From Sphaerodactylus townsendi (taxonomy: Eukaryota): 64,000 nt of DNA. Within the stretch, counting starts at the first letter, position 1; every line of letters starts with the position of its first letter. The stretch is taken from contig NC_059427.1 in NCBI RefSeq assembly GCF_021028975.2, positions 82,460,001 to 82,524,000 on the forward strand, in the 5' to 3' direction. The notes under the pieces are model-generated. The model worked only from the letters and a program-made list of their open reading frames with translations, made no database searches and was not told the DNA's origin. Below are positions 23,177 to 36,500 of the stretch, piece after piece. The translations under genes were made by a program, and so were the position numbers.

Positions 23177-24745
23177 CTGTGCAAAAAAAGATTGGGGGGG
23201 GGGGGGAGTGTTAGTTAATTCATGAGATTCATTGTGTACATATTTAAAGTTTCTCTTTATGGATGGTAGAGTATGCTATCACATGGTCTGAATCACAAAT
23301 GAGCTGTCATAGGATATCTGCTGTTATGTGACAATTCGTTTAACATGTGGGAAGAAGCCCCCTGGTAATCAGCATCTCTAACCTTAATTCACAAAACATG
23401 TTTGGGTAATGTATGATATGCCAGCAACTACTGTGCAGTCTTTAGGAATCTTTCAGCCAGAGGCTGGATAACCACTCATCAAGGAGTCTTTTGTTATAAC
23501 AGAAGGTTTAGGTTTTTTAAGCATTGGGGAGGGAGAGGCTGGACTGGTTGATCCACTGTTCTTGATCCAATACTGCCTTTCATACTGCAGGCATTGACAA
23601 ATAGCCTCTGAACATCTCTTGTCTTGAAAACTCTACCTGGTCACCATAAGTCAACTGTGATTTGCTGACAAAAAAGCAACTATTACAGATTAACTGAACA
23701 ACACAGAAATACACCATACCACTTTCTGCTCTTTTTAAAAAACAGACCGCTCTTGCCCTCCTTTTTAAAACTGTTTTAACTGAACCAAAACCCTAAAATC
23801 ATGAAAGTGATACAGCAGATTTAAACAGCTTTGAACATTTTGATGACAAAGATGAGTAGAAATTTAACAACCACAACTCAATTTGGTTGTGTCTTGAAAT
23901 TAGACACAGCAGTTTCAGTTTAATAGCATGTTCCCTTACTGGCATTGAGGTCTAGAAAACAAATTTAGATCAGATAAGATAAGATGTGAAATGCTGCTAG
24001 GAAATTTAGCCACAAGCAACAGAACACAAGGGAGAGGCCTCACACCTGAAGCATCATGAACATACGAAACCTTCACTTAACATATGTTAGTACCAGCAGC
24101 CACACTTTGCTTCCATGATTATTCCTTTCCAGGATGCAACAAGCTGTCCAGCTGGAGTCTTGCTGTAGTAAAGATCTTTGGGCCCTGACAGGAGCTCCAA
24201 TGAGAAGCTGAAAATACTCCACCCTGTGTACATGCAATCCATAACAGGCATGCATACGAAGAAACAAGATAATTCCTTTTTATGTTTTGGGACCAAGTAA
24301 TCAGGAATTGTTATGCAAATGAGGTTCCCAGATCAAAGGTTCAAGGTGTATCTTTTCTTTGGCCTAATTCTCACTAAAGAGGTAAATTTGTGTCCAAATT
24401 GTACCACCTCAGGGAGCAGGCAGAAGATTCACATGATTGAATACCACTCCAACCAGAAAGATCCCTGCACATGGAAAACCAGCACATCATGGAAAAATCT
24501 AGGGTAGATCCATTCCACTTAACATACTTTTTGTTAATGCCAAGGAAGATGTCTGTACAGAGGAGAACAGTTACCACTGTTCAGTCCAGCCACAGACTCA
24601 TTTACTGCAGTAATAAACTTTTTGTTTTGTTTTTAATCCGCTGCAAAAACCTGGATTTTAGCAATATTAGTGGCTACAAGGCAGGCAGGCAGGCAAACAA
24701 GCTCATTGGTACACTTAACAAAATGTTACACTTAGTACTACTCAC

Positions 24746-24827
24746 CTTCCTTGCGCAGCCCAAGCATATCCACTAAAGTACTGATAGCGAGCATACAGAT
24801 AAATTAATCCACATAATGCAGCTGATG
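24746..24827 (-). CDS. LTC4S: LTC4S exon 4: (A)SAALCGLIYLYARYQYFSGYAWAAQG(R)
   Basis: cttttatag|...|gtgagt, 82 nt; Arg90, Tyr93 and Tyr97 conserved. Confidence 0.93.
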
Positions 24828-25868
24828 CTATAAAAGAAGACAGTAGCCGAATAAGTTACCATGGAAAGCTTGTGAAATATTTGTCCTACTTTTTAATTTC
24901 TATTTCCATTTCCTACTTTGAAGTGATAAGCAATCTCACACACACACTCACATTTAAATACTGGAAAGAAGAGAATGAGCAACTTTGTAAAGTAAATGGG
25001 TACATTTGTTTTCCTGCTATTTTAGCTGGGAACCACAATTAATAGCTCATGCTCTTAACTACTTCATTACCTGAGTTCACAAGAGAGGCGAAGTGATTAC
25101 TGGACAAGCAGAAAAATCTAGACTTAGACTGGTGCCCTTCTGTCACTGAAAGAAAACTGCTTAACTGTCCAACCAACTATGTAGAAATAGTAGCCAAGGC
25201 AACACAGGAGCACTTTTAACAGATGGCAGTTCTTTCCTTCACCCCATTTCTGTGGTGAACACAGGCACTCAGGTATTGGACACATACTTGAAAGCATCCT
25301 ATGTGAAAAGACCCCCCCCCTTTTTTTTTTTTTTACTACTGAGGGGGCACACAGTTTTCTAAGATTTTTGGGATCTAGATCCCTTTTGAACTATAAACCT
25401 TCCCCTTGGTTTCCAGGTGTTCTACAAGTAGCGAGTGTGAAGGTTTGGGGTTACTGCTATGAAGTAAGTTTTGTGGTTCACAAAGAGATTATTGAGATTA
25501 TTGGATTAATATATAAACAACCAAGATTTATTCGTTTACAATTTGGTTTTGAAGGAACAAACCAGTGGCACAGATCTCCAAGTGGACAAAAGTAGAAGCC
25601 TGGCTGAGGCACAAACATTTAAACTGGTTATGACTTCAGAGAGTAGTTAGACTTTTCTGCAAAGCTTTTAGCACAGACTGATATTGACTAACCACTAGGC
25701 AGGATCCTCTCTTGCACACAGGATCCCACCCACACCACACCAGCCTGCCCTTTCCCCAGGGTCATACTAAATTGTACAAGGTCTGCTCATCACCAGAGAC
25801 AGGCCTAACAATTGAGCCCTCTCTTCTCTCCCAGATAAGATGCTCCGTCATATATCCTCTGCCTTAAT

Positions 25869-26004
25869 CAGTGGTCGTATTCAAATAATTTAACAACCGG
25901 TTCTGGTGGTGGGATTCAAATAATTTAACAACTGGTTGTATACAAGCACCATTTTAACAACCGGTTCTGCTGAAGTGGTGTGAACCTTCTGAATCCCACC
26001 ACTG
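25869..26004. mobile_element. Non-autonomous hAT element
   Basis: TIR CAGTGGT..ATTCA / TGAATCCCACCACTG; perfect 8-bp TSD GCCTTAAT at 25861-25868 and 26005-26012. Confidence 0.88.
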
Positions 26005-26371
26005 GCCTTAATGCCTGTGTTTCCAGCATCTGTGCCTAGGGCTTGATTCTGTAACTCCTGTATAAGGACATTTAAAGATATGGGTATGCAGCAATCATGT
26101 TAGTCACAAAAAATGTCAATAATGTTTAAAAATTTGCCAGACACCTTAATTTAAATATCTTAAAACATCATAATAATTGTTACACTTTTTCAGCAAATAA
26201 TATTATGTCAACATGGAAAAAATGTCTTGCAAAACTGTACCCAAGAATAAATGTCCTGGATTAAATGAAAGGCTAGTTAATTGAAGTGCCTACAGTACAG
26301 TGTTAATATCAAGTGAGCTAAAAGTCAACCCTTTGTCACATTCAGTTTATGAATTAGATTATAGATTTTAC

Positions 26372-26442
26372 CTTGATGGAAAAAAATTCCAGCCACCCAC
26401 AGCAGAGAAAGAAATATTGGGAAGTATTCTGAGCAGTTCACT
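26372..26442 (-). CDS. LTC4S: LTC4S exon 3: (Q)[23 protein letters not shown]
   Basis: ttgtttag|...|gtaaaa, 71 nt; MAPEG signature NCSEYFP is LTC4S-type (MGST2 has NCVEFYP). Confidence 0.95.
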
Positions 26443-26756
26443 CTAAACAAAATCAGAATAAACAGTAAATACAAAAATTTATCACACAAAAATCTACCTA
26501 GGCTCAGGAGAACTTTCTTTAAAACTCCCATGACCACTTCCTTTCAAATTGAGCTTTAACATGAAACAATGGGATGCAATCTTGCTTGGGCACCATTTTC
26601 CTAACTTCAGCTGTCTTGGACAGAAAGCACAGTGGAGAAAAGTAGGTTATGGCCCCTCCCGGGGCTCTGTATTTGGGCTTTAAAAATATATATATCTAGA
26701 ATTGAAAGTGATGAATGTGCAAGTATCACCAAATTACTCAGAATGGTAAAAAAAAT

Positions 26757-27086
26757 GTTGCACTTAACTGTAACTGTTGTTCATAGAGTGTCTTCTGTGC
26801 AGGCATGCACAGGAACTGTGCAGGTCAGCCATGGAGATGGGACCAGGAAGGCTTCTAGAGTTTTTGATTACTTGGAGCGCACTTCCCCCTCCCCTCCAGA
26901 GCCAAGATTGGGCTTGTTTCTTGCCCAAATGGTCACATAAAAGGAGTTGGGAAAAGTGCTCCTCAGTTCTCCATCAGTGTGGAAGAGTAGCAGTCCAGTA
27001 ATAAGACAGCCCACAATGGGGAAAGGATGGAGGGATGCTTGTCTGCATAGAAGACACTCAATGAACAAGTTACAGGTCAGTGCAAC
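26757..27086. mobile_element. MITE-like element with ~48-bp inverted termini
   Basis: 26757-26805 is the imperfect reverse complement of 27040-27086; both strands give ORFs starting MFIECLLCR. Confidence 0.65.
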
Positions 27087-28190
27087 TTAGTTTTCATTGC
27101 CATGTCTTCAGTGCAGTCCTGCATGCAAGAATAACAAGCTCACTTAGCATGAATGTAAGTGTAGGCTTGTCATCGAAATAACAATTATAGCACTGCTCTC
27201 CCAACAGCTGCATCTCTCCTGGAATCCACATCAATGGAGCACTGACAGAGAAATGTAGATGGAGCAGACCAGATCAGATGCTGTGTGAGTTGACCCTAGC
27301 AAGAAAAGCAGCTGAAGAGGCTTGTGCCCTGGTGGGATGAGCCTTTACCGGCAGTGAGCAGTCCACCCTGGCACTGCGATCAGCTAGCAATGGTACAATC
27401 CACCTACCTTGAAACAGTTTGGAGTGAAGCAGACTTGCCCTTATTGAGACCTTTAAAGCAAACAAATGTTTATCTTGGGGAAAGGAATTTGTGAAACTTA
27501 AATAAAATAGGAGTACCCTTGTAATATCAAGGGTATGTAGTATCTGTTCACACAAGAACTGTGGATTGGATAAAAACACAGGAAGGGTAATGTCTTTTTT
27601 TAGGCCTGAACTCTAAGCTAGGGCATACATAGAACCATCTTATCAGGATAGAATCTGGTAAAAGATGAGTCCACCTGCTATAATTTGTGACAAAACCAAA
27701 GACAACCTCCAAACAGGGAGAGCAGGTTTAAATACAGAGGTCAGTCAGACCTCTCAAAAGTGCTTGGAATCAGGCACTAATAATACAGTACAAGGCCCCA
27801 CTTGAACATGGAAATGCAGAAATTGCAGCAAGGTGAAACTTGATGGAAATAGTGGCCATTACAGTATCTTTTAAATACAATAAATAATAAAAAATATCAG
27901 ATAAAGGACAAATGTCAGGTCTCAAGATGTGGGATTTGCCCAACAGACCAAATGTGCCCACTTGGCATCATACAACGTACATGTGGAGCGTTTTCACTAT
28001 GCTGTCAATACTTGCATAACCCTGCCTAAACCTGGCATTAAGTCTGTCTCAGCCATACCATTAGATGCAAGGACAGAATGTCGTGATGGAGAATGGTCCT
28101 GATCATGAGCGGGTTATTTTCCTTGGAGAGCCTTGAAAACTCCTTGCAACTTTCTGAGGAGACTGGGAACCACACCCTGTTGGGCCAGTG

Positions 28191-28490
28191 AGGAGCCAGC
28201 ATGGTGTAGTAATTAAGAGTGGTGGACTCTAATCTGGAGAACCAATTTTGATTCCCCATTCTTCTACATGAACAGCAGACTCTGGTGAACCATTATTATT
28301 TCTTCATTGCTACACATGAAACTGCTGTGTGACTTTGCACTAGTCCCAGTTCTCTCTGGAAAAGTAACTCGAAATGTTTGCCCAACATACCTCAATAAGG
28401 CCCTGCCTGTGAGGTGTTACGAATTTATAAGCCTATTTGAGACTCCTTAAATTTGAGAAAAGTGGGGTAGAAATCCAAGCTCCTCTTCTT
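28191..28490 (+). mobile_element. Older tRNA-derived SINE (same group as 31394-31686)
   Basis: TGGTGTAGTAA box A, degenerate TTGATTCC box B, AATCCAAGCTCCTCTTCTTC tail. Confidence 0.7.
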
Positions 28491-30951
28491 CTATGAGGAT
28501 TAGAAAAAGGTGATCCAAGGCAATTTTTGCAAGGACTTTGTGAAGGAAAGAAAATGGAATGCATAGGAATGCATAATAAAGGGTACCCAACCAATGAAGC
28601 TAAAAATCATCCCCAAGGGAATCCTTGCCTATCCCAGCTCTGGATCAAAACATGGGGCGTTTTGTACTACCCACTCTCTGAAAACATGGGGCGTTTTGTA
28701 CTACCCACTCTCTGAAAATGAGAACCAAATATCAAGGGTTTAGGGACCATTCATGAGTGGATGACATCGGCCTGCTGAGGAAATCCATAGTCACATTGAA
28801 CTCTCCATTCACATGAATGGCAGCCAGGGAAATGTCTCATGATATGGCCCATCTCCATAAATGGGAGACCTAATTATAGACGGACATAGAACCATCCTCC
28901 CTTGCTTGTTAATGTAACATTTGTCAGCAGTACTATTCGCAGCAATGAGCAGAGGTTTCTCAGAAATGGTGGCATAGAAAGGACTTAAGAATAGCCCCAG
29001 GTATGGACAGTCAACAACACTGAGAAACAACATCAGGTCTAAGTGACCTTCGGAATCAATTCTGTAAACAGCTGATATTTAATCTTAGCATGTTGGATGA
29101 CAGGAATGGTAGAGGCCATGTAGCCCAAAAGCTTATTGATGTGAATGGCACTTTGAAACCTATTTCAGTGAGGAAAAAACAGTGACTAAGGACTGAATGG
29201 CCTTAAAACGTGCCTGTGGAAGAAATGCTGTGCAGGCTGTGCCAGAAATGGAGTCTAGCACAGCCCCAATAAACTCAATTTTCTGAGTGGAGTATAGACA
29301 AGACTTTTGGTATTAATTAGCAAATCCAGGTTGACTAATGTTTGTGTGGTCAGAGTAAAGTCATAGGAAGCTTTTTACTGGTATGGTTTATCATATGAAA
29401 ACTGATCATAATAACATAGGAAATACCTTTGTTTAAAGGTAGATGTGACCTGGAAAAAAATACGCAACAACTTGGAACTGAGATAGTTTTTTCCTAATCC
29501 TATTGAGAAGTGTGTCCATCTCCTCACTAAAGAGTGTCCTGCCTTCAAAGAGAAGATCTTTGACTCTAACCCTAGTATCAGGGGGCAAAGAACAGCCATG
29601 CAGCCAAGCATGTTTCCTCAGTACAACTGACTATAGTCCAGCTAGCACTGTCACCCACATGTTGTACAGCATTTTGTTGCTGCTTGCCCAGTCTAAAACC
29701 CTCAGCAAATAACACTTTACCCAGAGTCTTCTTGTATCTGATAAGAAGCCAATGAGCTACAACATGCATTCTCAAAAGAATGTCTGATAGTGACCCATGA
29801 CAGCAGAAAACTAGAGATCCTGAGGCCTCAAGCACCTGATGAGTACACCTTCCAACCCAGAATGTTTAATTTCCTCCCTTCTTTATCTACAGGTGAGGAA
29901 CAATAATCCGATCTGTAAAGGGGAAGGGAGGACATCAGTAACAAAAGCAATAGGTATTGGGTGCTGAAACAGAAACTCAGAATTTGCACAATTATGTACA
30001 AATTCTCCACTTTTTGTGTCGAAGGCTTGACTTGATGCAGGCTTAGCCCATATACTGTTGACAATTTCATGATTTCCCTTAATTAAAGGGAACACTACTG
30101 GTCCCACATCAGGATCATAGAGGACATTCATAATTGGATCAGAAGACCTAGAATCTGATTAAACATATGTAATGTTCAAGGCTTTAGCCATTAAAATCAG
30201 CTGCTCAGAATACAGCTTCAGGTCCTCCCTCTGTTGGAGAAATTAGACATGGATCTCTAACATCAAGATGAGGTGAAGGCATGGAGGTGTCCCCGGACTT
30301 GAGATTGGATTTGGAGGCATGACTATCAACAGGATCCTGATAGGGATATGGGGATGGGACAGAAACATCAGTGTTGATGACTGAAGGACAGAAGATCTCA
30401 GATGACAGGATGACATGTGGCATGGAAGTTGTATGTCCCAGTGGGTGCATGGAGGGGAATAGAACCCCAGACATGGATGACTGATAAGGCTGATGGAAGC
30501 CATGCACCTGAGTAGACGGTCATGTTCTTAACCTCAAGGCCTTTCCTTGATCCAAAGGCAGCAGAGGGACCTTGAAAACATCATCTCCCAAAGGGGGAGA
30601 GGGCTGTCTGCTAAACATAGGAGAGAGTGTCCTTGGACAGTAGAGTTGAAGACTGAGAGGAACAGTGTAGTCCTTAATTAGAGACATCAACAATGGACCA
30701 CCATGGAGAGCCTTGACATGAAGCATCTGGACTATGACCACAACTAAGATGGGGACTTTGACAGGGAGGTGATTTTGACTCTCGATGTTGAGGGGATGAA
30801 TGACAGGGAACCAGAGGCACACATACATGGTAGATGAACCAGGGAACATATTTGTGGAGGGTCGGTGACATGTCCAGAGTTTGAGAAGGAAGCAGTTTGG
30901 TCTGAGAGGAATACTGTCCACAGTATATAACAGACTTCTCTCTGTGATACA

Positions 30952-31035
30952 CCTCTGAAGATGCCAGCCGCAGATGCAGGCGAAACTTAGGAACAAGACC
31001 TACCAGACCACGGCCATACAGCCAGGAAAACCCAC
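30952..31035 (+). mobile_element. Penelope-like fragment with hammerhead motif (1-nt deletion in helix III)
   Basis: CCT-CTGAAGA-TGCCAGCCGCAGATGCAGGC-GAAAC(-)TT-AGG, then CCACGGCCATACAGCC. Confidence 0.75.
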
Positions 31036-31049
31036 CAGTAGATTCAATA

Positions 31050-31303
31050 TCTTTACAAGAGGATTAGACAAACTGTTGAGGATCATTACATCTTAGCTAT
31101 TAACCATAATGACTACATGGAACCCCAGCACAGGCAGAATTTCTCTGAATGCCGGTTAGCTAGGAGGCTGCAGCAGGGGAAAACTTTGGCCTCTGTTCCT
31201 TGTCTGTGAACTTTCCAGGAGCATCTGACTGGCAAGCATAGGAAGCAGGATGCTGGACTAGATGAACCACTGATCTGATCCAGGATTGTTCTCATGATGC
31301 TTA
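31050..31303 (+). mobile_element. Old CR1 3' end
   Basis: AGAGGATTAGACAAA...GATGCTGGACTAGATGAACCACTGATCTGATCCAG plus a decayed tail. Confidence 0.7.
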
Positions 31304-31393
31304 ATTAAGGCGGTCACACACTGGCACTTAAACTAAGAGAAAGTACACAGAACATGTCGAAAGGGTAACCATCACATGTCGAAAGGGTAACCA

Positions 31394-31686
31394 AGGAGCA
31401 GAAGTGGCATAGGAGGTTAAGAGCTCGTGTATCTAATCTGGAGGAACCGGGTTTGATTCCCCGCTCTGCCACCTGAGCTGTGGAGGCTTATCTGGGGAAT
31501 TCAGATTAGCCTATCCACTCCCACACACGCCAGCTGGGTGACCTTGGGCTAGTCACAGCTTCTCGGAGCTCTCTCAGCCCCACCTACCTCACAGGGTGTT
31601 TGTTGTGAGGGGGGAAGGGCAAGGAGATTGTAAGCCCCTTTGAGTCTCCTGCAGGAGAGAAAGGGGGGATATAAATCCAAACTCTC
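31394..31686 (+). mobile_element. Full-length tRNA-derived SINE (Squam-type)
   Basis: Box A TGGCATAGGAGG, box B GGTTTGATTCC, body GCTGGGTGACCTTGGGCTAGTCACAG, tail ATAAATCCAAACTC. Confidence 0.85.
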
Positions 31687-32980
31687 ATCATACCATTACA
31701 GCAAAACTAAAACAGATTCTTGTGGCACATCAGATACCTTTTAGTCCAGCATAAGAGCTCTAAGTCTAGAGCTCACCTCAGAAACACAAGGAGGATCCTC
31801 ATGAGGAAGATATATATATGAGGTTAGAAAGGTGGGAGGGGGAGTTATCATCAGGAAGATTTTTAAAAAGATATCAATGAATACAAATAATTTATATTAA
31901 GGGAATTATATATAGATATAATTCAAGCATGAACAATGAGAGTACAGAAACCCTGATAATGCAGTCTCCCTAGTTCTGGTAAATATTAGATTAGTTAAAG
32001 ATTAGTTAGTAAATATTTGTTAGTAAAGATTAGTTAATTGCTGTGAAGGTGAAAGACTCCCAGGTCCTTGTTAAGTCTGTGGAAAATGATATCAAGCACC
32101 TTGATCTAATTCTGCAACATCACACAAATCCCACTGGCCTTCTCTTTCCTCATAAAGCTCAATGAGGAAGGGCAATTCACATCGGAGTATGACAAAAAAA
32201 CCTCTAGTGTTTTAATTAACACTGGAATAGATGGAACACCTTGCACAGTCATTTCATATACAGGACATCAGCACAATATTACTCCTGCTATAAGAAAGTT
32301 GAGGCATGTGGGTGGGGATCCAGGGGAAGGATCATGGGCCTTCCTGGCTTTCCCTGTCCTCAGCAGTTCTTTCTGACTTCCAGGAATGTTTATTCCTGTA
32401 GTTGCAGCACCCACATGGAGTAATAAGCCAGAGGAATTGGGAAGCTGTAACTGAGGAGCAAAGTTGCTCCTTTCTTCCAGAAAGCCACATTTGGCTCATG
32501 AAAAATGCAGCAGTAATTTCATCCTCTTCCCACTATAGCCTTCCCATCCCATATGTCTATCATTCTACTTTTCCAGAGGCAGGAGAAAATCAGAAAGATT
32601 GGTAGCTGTCCAAGGGTACATGATCAAACCCAAGGCAGAGTGTACCTAACTGTGCCTTCATGCAGTTCAACTTAACTTTTAATACAATTTGAAATTTATC
32701 AAGCTATCTCTGATTTTCTGGTATATATATATCTATGCTATGAATTTATCTAATGCACAATTGCAGAGAAATGTTTTAGTCTGTGAATACTATAGTAGAG
32801 ACCAAGGATGGGAGAAACAGTTGAATGTCTTAGCATCATATAGCTAGTTCACCCTGACCGTATTAAATAAATGCTCTTGAAGTTAAGTCTAATAGCCTCA
32901 ACAGAAACTTTTCTAAGTCAGTGTAGTTTAGGATGTAAGCCATAAACATAAACCCCCCCGCCCCAAGAGGTTTAACTTAC

Positions 32981-33080
32981 TGGGCTCTGAAGATTCTTTC
33001 AAATGCTGGTGGACCTGCTATACCAGGAGGAGACACTTTGCACTTACGCCGAGCATAGATCACCTGCATGGCAAAATAGC
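32981..33080 (-). CDS. LTC4S: LTC4S exon 2: (G)[32 protein letters not shown](Q)
   Basis: ttccacacag|...|gtaagt, 100 nt; Arg30, Arg31, Ser36, Arg51 and FERxxRAQ present. Confidence 0.95.
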
Positions 33081-33362
33081 CTGTGTGGAAAAGGAGGGGA
33101 AATCAAATATTTTAAAGTGAAAAGGTGCAGACAACGGAAAATTACCAGCGTGCTTATTAGTTTTTTAAATCTATTATTAGCAAATACTGTTCTGGTTTAA
33201 TATGCAAAAGCAGTCAATGGAGAATCTATTTCACTTTTGCAGACTGGTTGACCTTTATTCTTACCTTGTTAGAGATATGATTTCAGTCTCTGCACTCAAT
33301 TACTCCAAACATCAGGTTGTTCTTAGAATAACAGCAGAAAACCCAAAGAGGATAGCCTAGGC

Positions 33363-33510
33363 CACGGGTCTGGAACCTGCGGCTCTCCAGATGTTCATGA
33401 ACTGCAATCCCCATCAGCCCCTGTCAACATGGCCAATTGACCATGCTGGCAAGGGCTGATGGGAATTGTAGTTCATGAACATCTGGAGAGCCGCAGGTTG
33501 CAGACCCCTG
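33363..33510. mobile_element. Palindromic hAT MITE
   Basis: 148 bp fold-back; perfect TSD GCCTAGGC. Confidence 0.9.
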
Positions 33511-36500
33511 GCCTAGGCCCTAGGACTTACCAAGTGAGTATGATGGAAGGCTGCCAATGCAGCTCCAAAGTGAGATACCATGAGGGTTGGGAAGCTGGAT
33601 GGGAAAATGGCTGCAAGCGGTCAGGATGAGCAGTCTTTCAAAGTTAACACTGGCCTTTTCCACATATTGCACTTACCCCATTGCAAAGGTGATTTCTATC
33701 CCATCATTTTCTACTGTGTTGGTCCACACTCCACTCCTTAGAACATAACTTTTTTTTGTTATTTTCCACACATGCATTGTAGCAATAATTCATTTAGTCA
33801 AGAAACAGAGGGAAAAGGAGATAGCAAGAAATGGTAAAAATTAAGAGGAGAGGTGAAGTAGCAATGATGTGAGGGACAGAAAAAGTGGTGAACCAAGCAG
33901 CAAAGGGGAAGTTGAATCACTACAATCACGTAAGGGAAGCTAGCTCAGAAACGTTTCAAGGAAAAAGCATCATGACAAAAATGTTTCGAAAAACAACAAA
34001 GTAAAAGGTTGTTGGAAATGTTTCCAGAGCCAAACATGGGTAGAGGGAAAGGGTTGTGGAAATCCACAGAAAAATTGAGGCATTAGCGGGCTGGGAAGGT
34101 TGCAAGCAACTTTTGCAGAAAAGACCATATATAACCTCCAAATTATAGAAAACAGTATGCCAGAAATGTAGGTCTGTCTGGAAAAAACATAATTGTCTGA
34201 TCAGAAGGCCCTTTTTCTTGATATAATGGGGACACTGTATATAGAGGTACATATATATTCTGTACTTGCTCAAGGACTCATACTCTTCTGCCCGTCGTAG
34301 GATTATGTCGTAGCCTTGAAATTAAATGCTGGGCTGAATGCCACAAATTACCTCACCACCATTCTCAAGATGTCCATTTTTCCAAAATTTAACTTTATGC
34401 ACCATCTCAAATATGTTTAAGTATCTTACAGACTAACAGGTATACTGTGTGTGAATTTCAGAAAAGTGGTGAGGTTTTCCTGAAACAGATTTACATGGCT
34501 GCTCTTCTAGAATTTTTCTTGAACGGCAGGTTACATAGGGGATGAGACCAGATATTAAAATGATGTTCCATCTAAGGAGGAGGTAGAAGTAGAAAGAAAC
34601 AATACAAAAATTATATTAAGGCAGTGGGTTGTGTTCAAGAGTTAGCCAGGATTGCAGAAAATTACCCCCTGTCCCAGGGAAACAAACCATTTAACATATT
34701 TTTATTCTGGCTCTTCTTCAGAGGAGCCCCGGTTAATTCCCAGCTCTATTTATGATTCACTTCCAATGGTCGGCCTTACAAAGAATGCGGAAATATTGCA
34801 TTACACATGAATTAAGCATTTACATACTGACATATAACAGTCTGGTAGCCCAAGGGAATTTGTGTTTAACCTGGGAATCTTTACCCCTCATGGGACTGGG
34901 AGTCTTTACCCAATGCCTTTCCCAACTGCTGAAACTTTCACTGCCTAACTACGTGGTTTGTTGTATATTGTGTGATGCCATATCTATTGCATTCTTTCTA
35001 ACTATGTAATAATCTATACCCTGTTCAGGATAAAGATGGCAGGAGATTTTTGAATTATCTGCCATTTCCTGGACCATTGTTGTTCGTGAATGCTCCACTT
35101 GGGTCCTAGTGTCTACCTAGTTCTGTCTCCAAGGCAAGCAGAACATTTTAGAACAAAGACAGTCCAAGAAATGGCAGATGAATTCATAAATTTCCTGTCA
35201 TCTTTGTCCTGAAAAGGGTATACCTTGTGCCTCAGCAAAAAAGGTGAACTACAAATGGAATGAAATAAAAAATGAGTCCCTTCACTTACCAGAACCATTT
35301 TATCCTGCCTTGTTTCTGCTTTTTTTCCTGCCTCCACTGCCCTCTCCTTGGTTTCCACGCAGCAAAGAGTTGGCAGTACAAAGTTTGTCATCTCATAAAT
35401 TTTTTTCATGACTTATACCTTATCTTCTGCTTATTTTCCCCTTTTCTCTGCCATGCAGTCCATTCAGACTTCCCTTTTTCCTTTCTTGTCCTTCTCCTCA
35501 GCATGACTTCTCCATTTCCTTCAACACCTGTGTTTTTTTCTGTTTCCTTCACTGACCGCGGTCTTTTTTCTTATTCTGTCTCTATTTTAAGTGTCTAGCT
35601 TCAGCAGCTCCTCATTTTTTTTGCAAAAACCATCCCCCTTCTTTCCCAAGTTCTTCAACTAAGCTTCTGAATGTAATGTTTTTACTCATCTGAAGTGCTT
35701 TTGATGAAGACTCCAAATTTGTACTTGGAAGTTTTTCACAAGACCTCTCATACTTAGCTGCCTTTCAGAGCACAGAGATAAACTATGTTGTAGGTTGGCA
35801 GGAACCCCACAATTGATGCACCGATAAGCACATTCACCAGAAATGTTGTCACTCCTTGCTTTACATGGTAGAGATAAGCAGGGAAATTAGAATGTCCTCC
35901 TTTTGCTTTTTTGGAGCATATGCCAATTGTGGCATGGATTTATCAAACGGTGCTGCAAGTGTACCAATGTGGCTTTTATGCCAGTTTTATTTTCTTGACA
36001 TTTTCTAGAACTCATTTTAACACTGTTCCAGTGATATACTAGTCCGAACTAAAGAAAATATATATATACACACACACAATCTTTTCATGCAAGCAGTGTA
36101 ATGTGGGAGTAATGAACCCATGCAAGATGGCAGCCCTGCCCCATTGCCTTAGAAAGGAGAACCACAGATACCCCCTCCCATCATCACCAGTTTGGAGTTT
36201 GCCGGCCTCATGTTCCCATGCTCGTGTCAAGCACAAGCCAGGACCCAGCCTACATTTAATACTTACTAGTACAAAATAAATAATGTTTTAATTAATTGAC
36301 AGTTGTCCACTAGGATTCTATCTTTTATTTTCCCTCACAGTCAATACATGTTTTGAATAAAGCTGTTTGGTTCCCTGCATTTTGTTAGTGTAATAGTTTC
36401 AGGACAGGACAGAAACCTCTGAAATGTCTCACATTTGCTATCCTAGATTTTTTGCGAATTCTGTCCACTCATCATATTATAGTGAGAAAAAGGTGCATGT

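Noticed and set aside
24087-24296. ORF ending IMEAKCGCWY, reminiscent of a TGF-beta C-terminus
   Set aside because: No CC motif or proper cystine-knot spacing and no supporting exons; lies in LTC4S intron 4, likely chance.
25436-26143. Possible solo LTR (TGT...ACA)
   Set aside because: No TSD, primer-binding site or partner LTR found.
26372-26442. Assignment of the MAPEG gene as MGST2 or ALOX5AP
   Set aside because: [12 protein letters not shown] and the MAML1/MGAT4B neighbours fit LTC4S.
28720-30950. Cluster of 70-158 aa ORFs in LTC4S intron 2
   Set aside because: No coherent frame; weak hints of decayed retroelement sequence (PPSVGEIR.. near 30225) but not assignable.
35100-35900. Purine-skewed minus-strand region with a 98-aa ORF
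   Set aside because: Many stops; possibly old RTE LINE debris, with no diagnostic motif.
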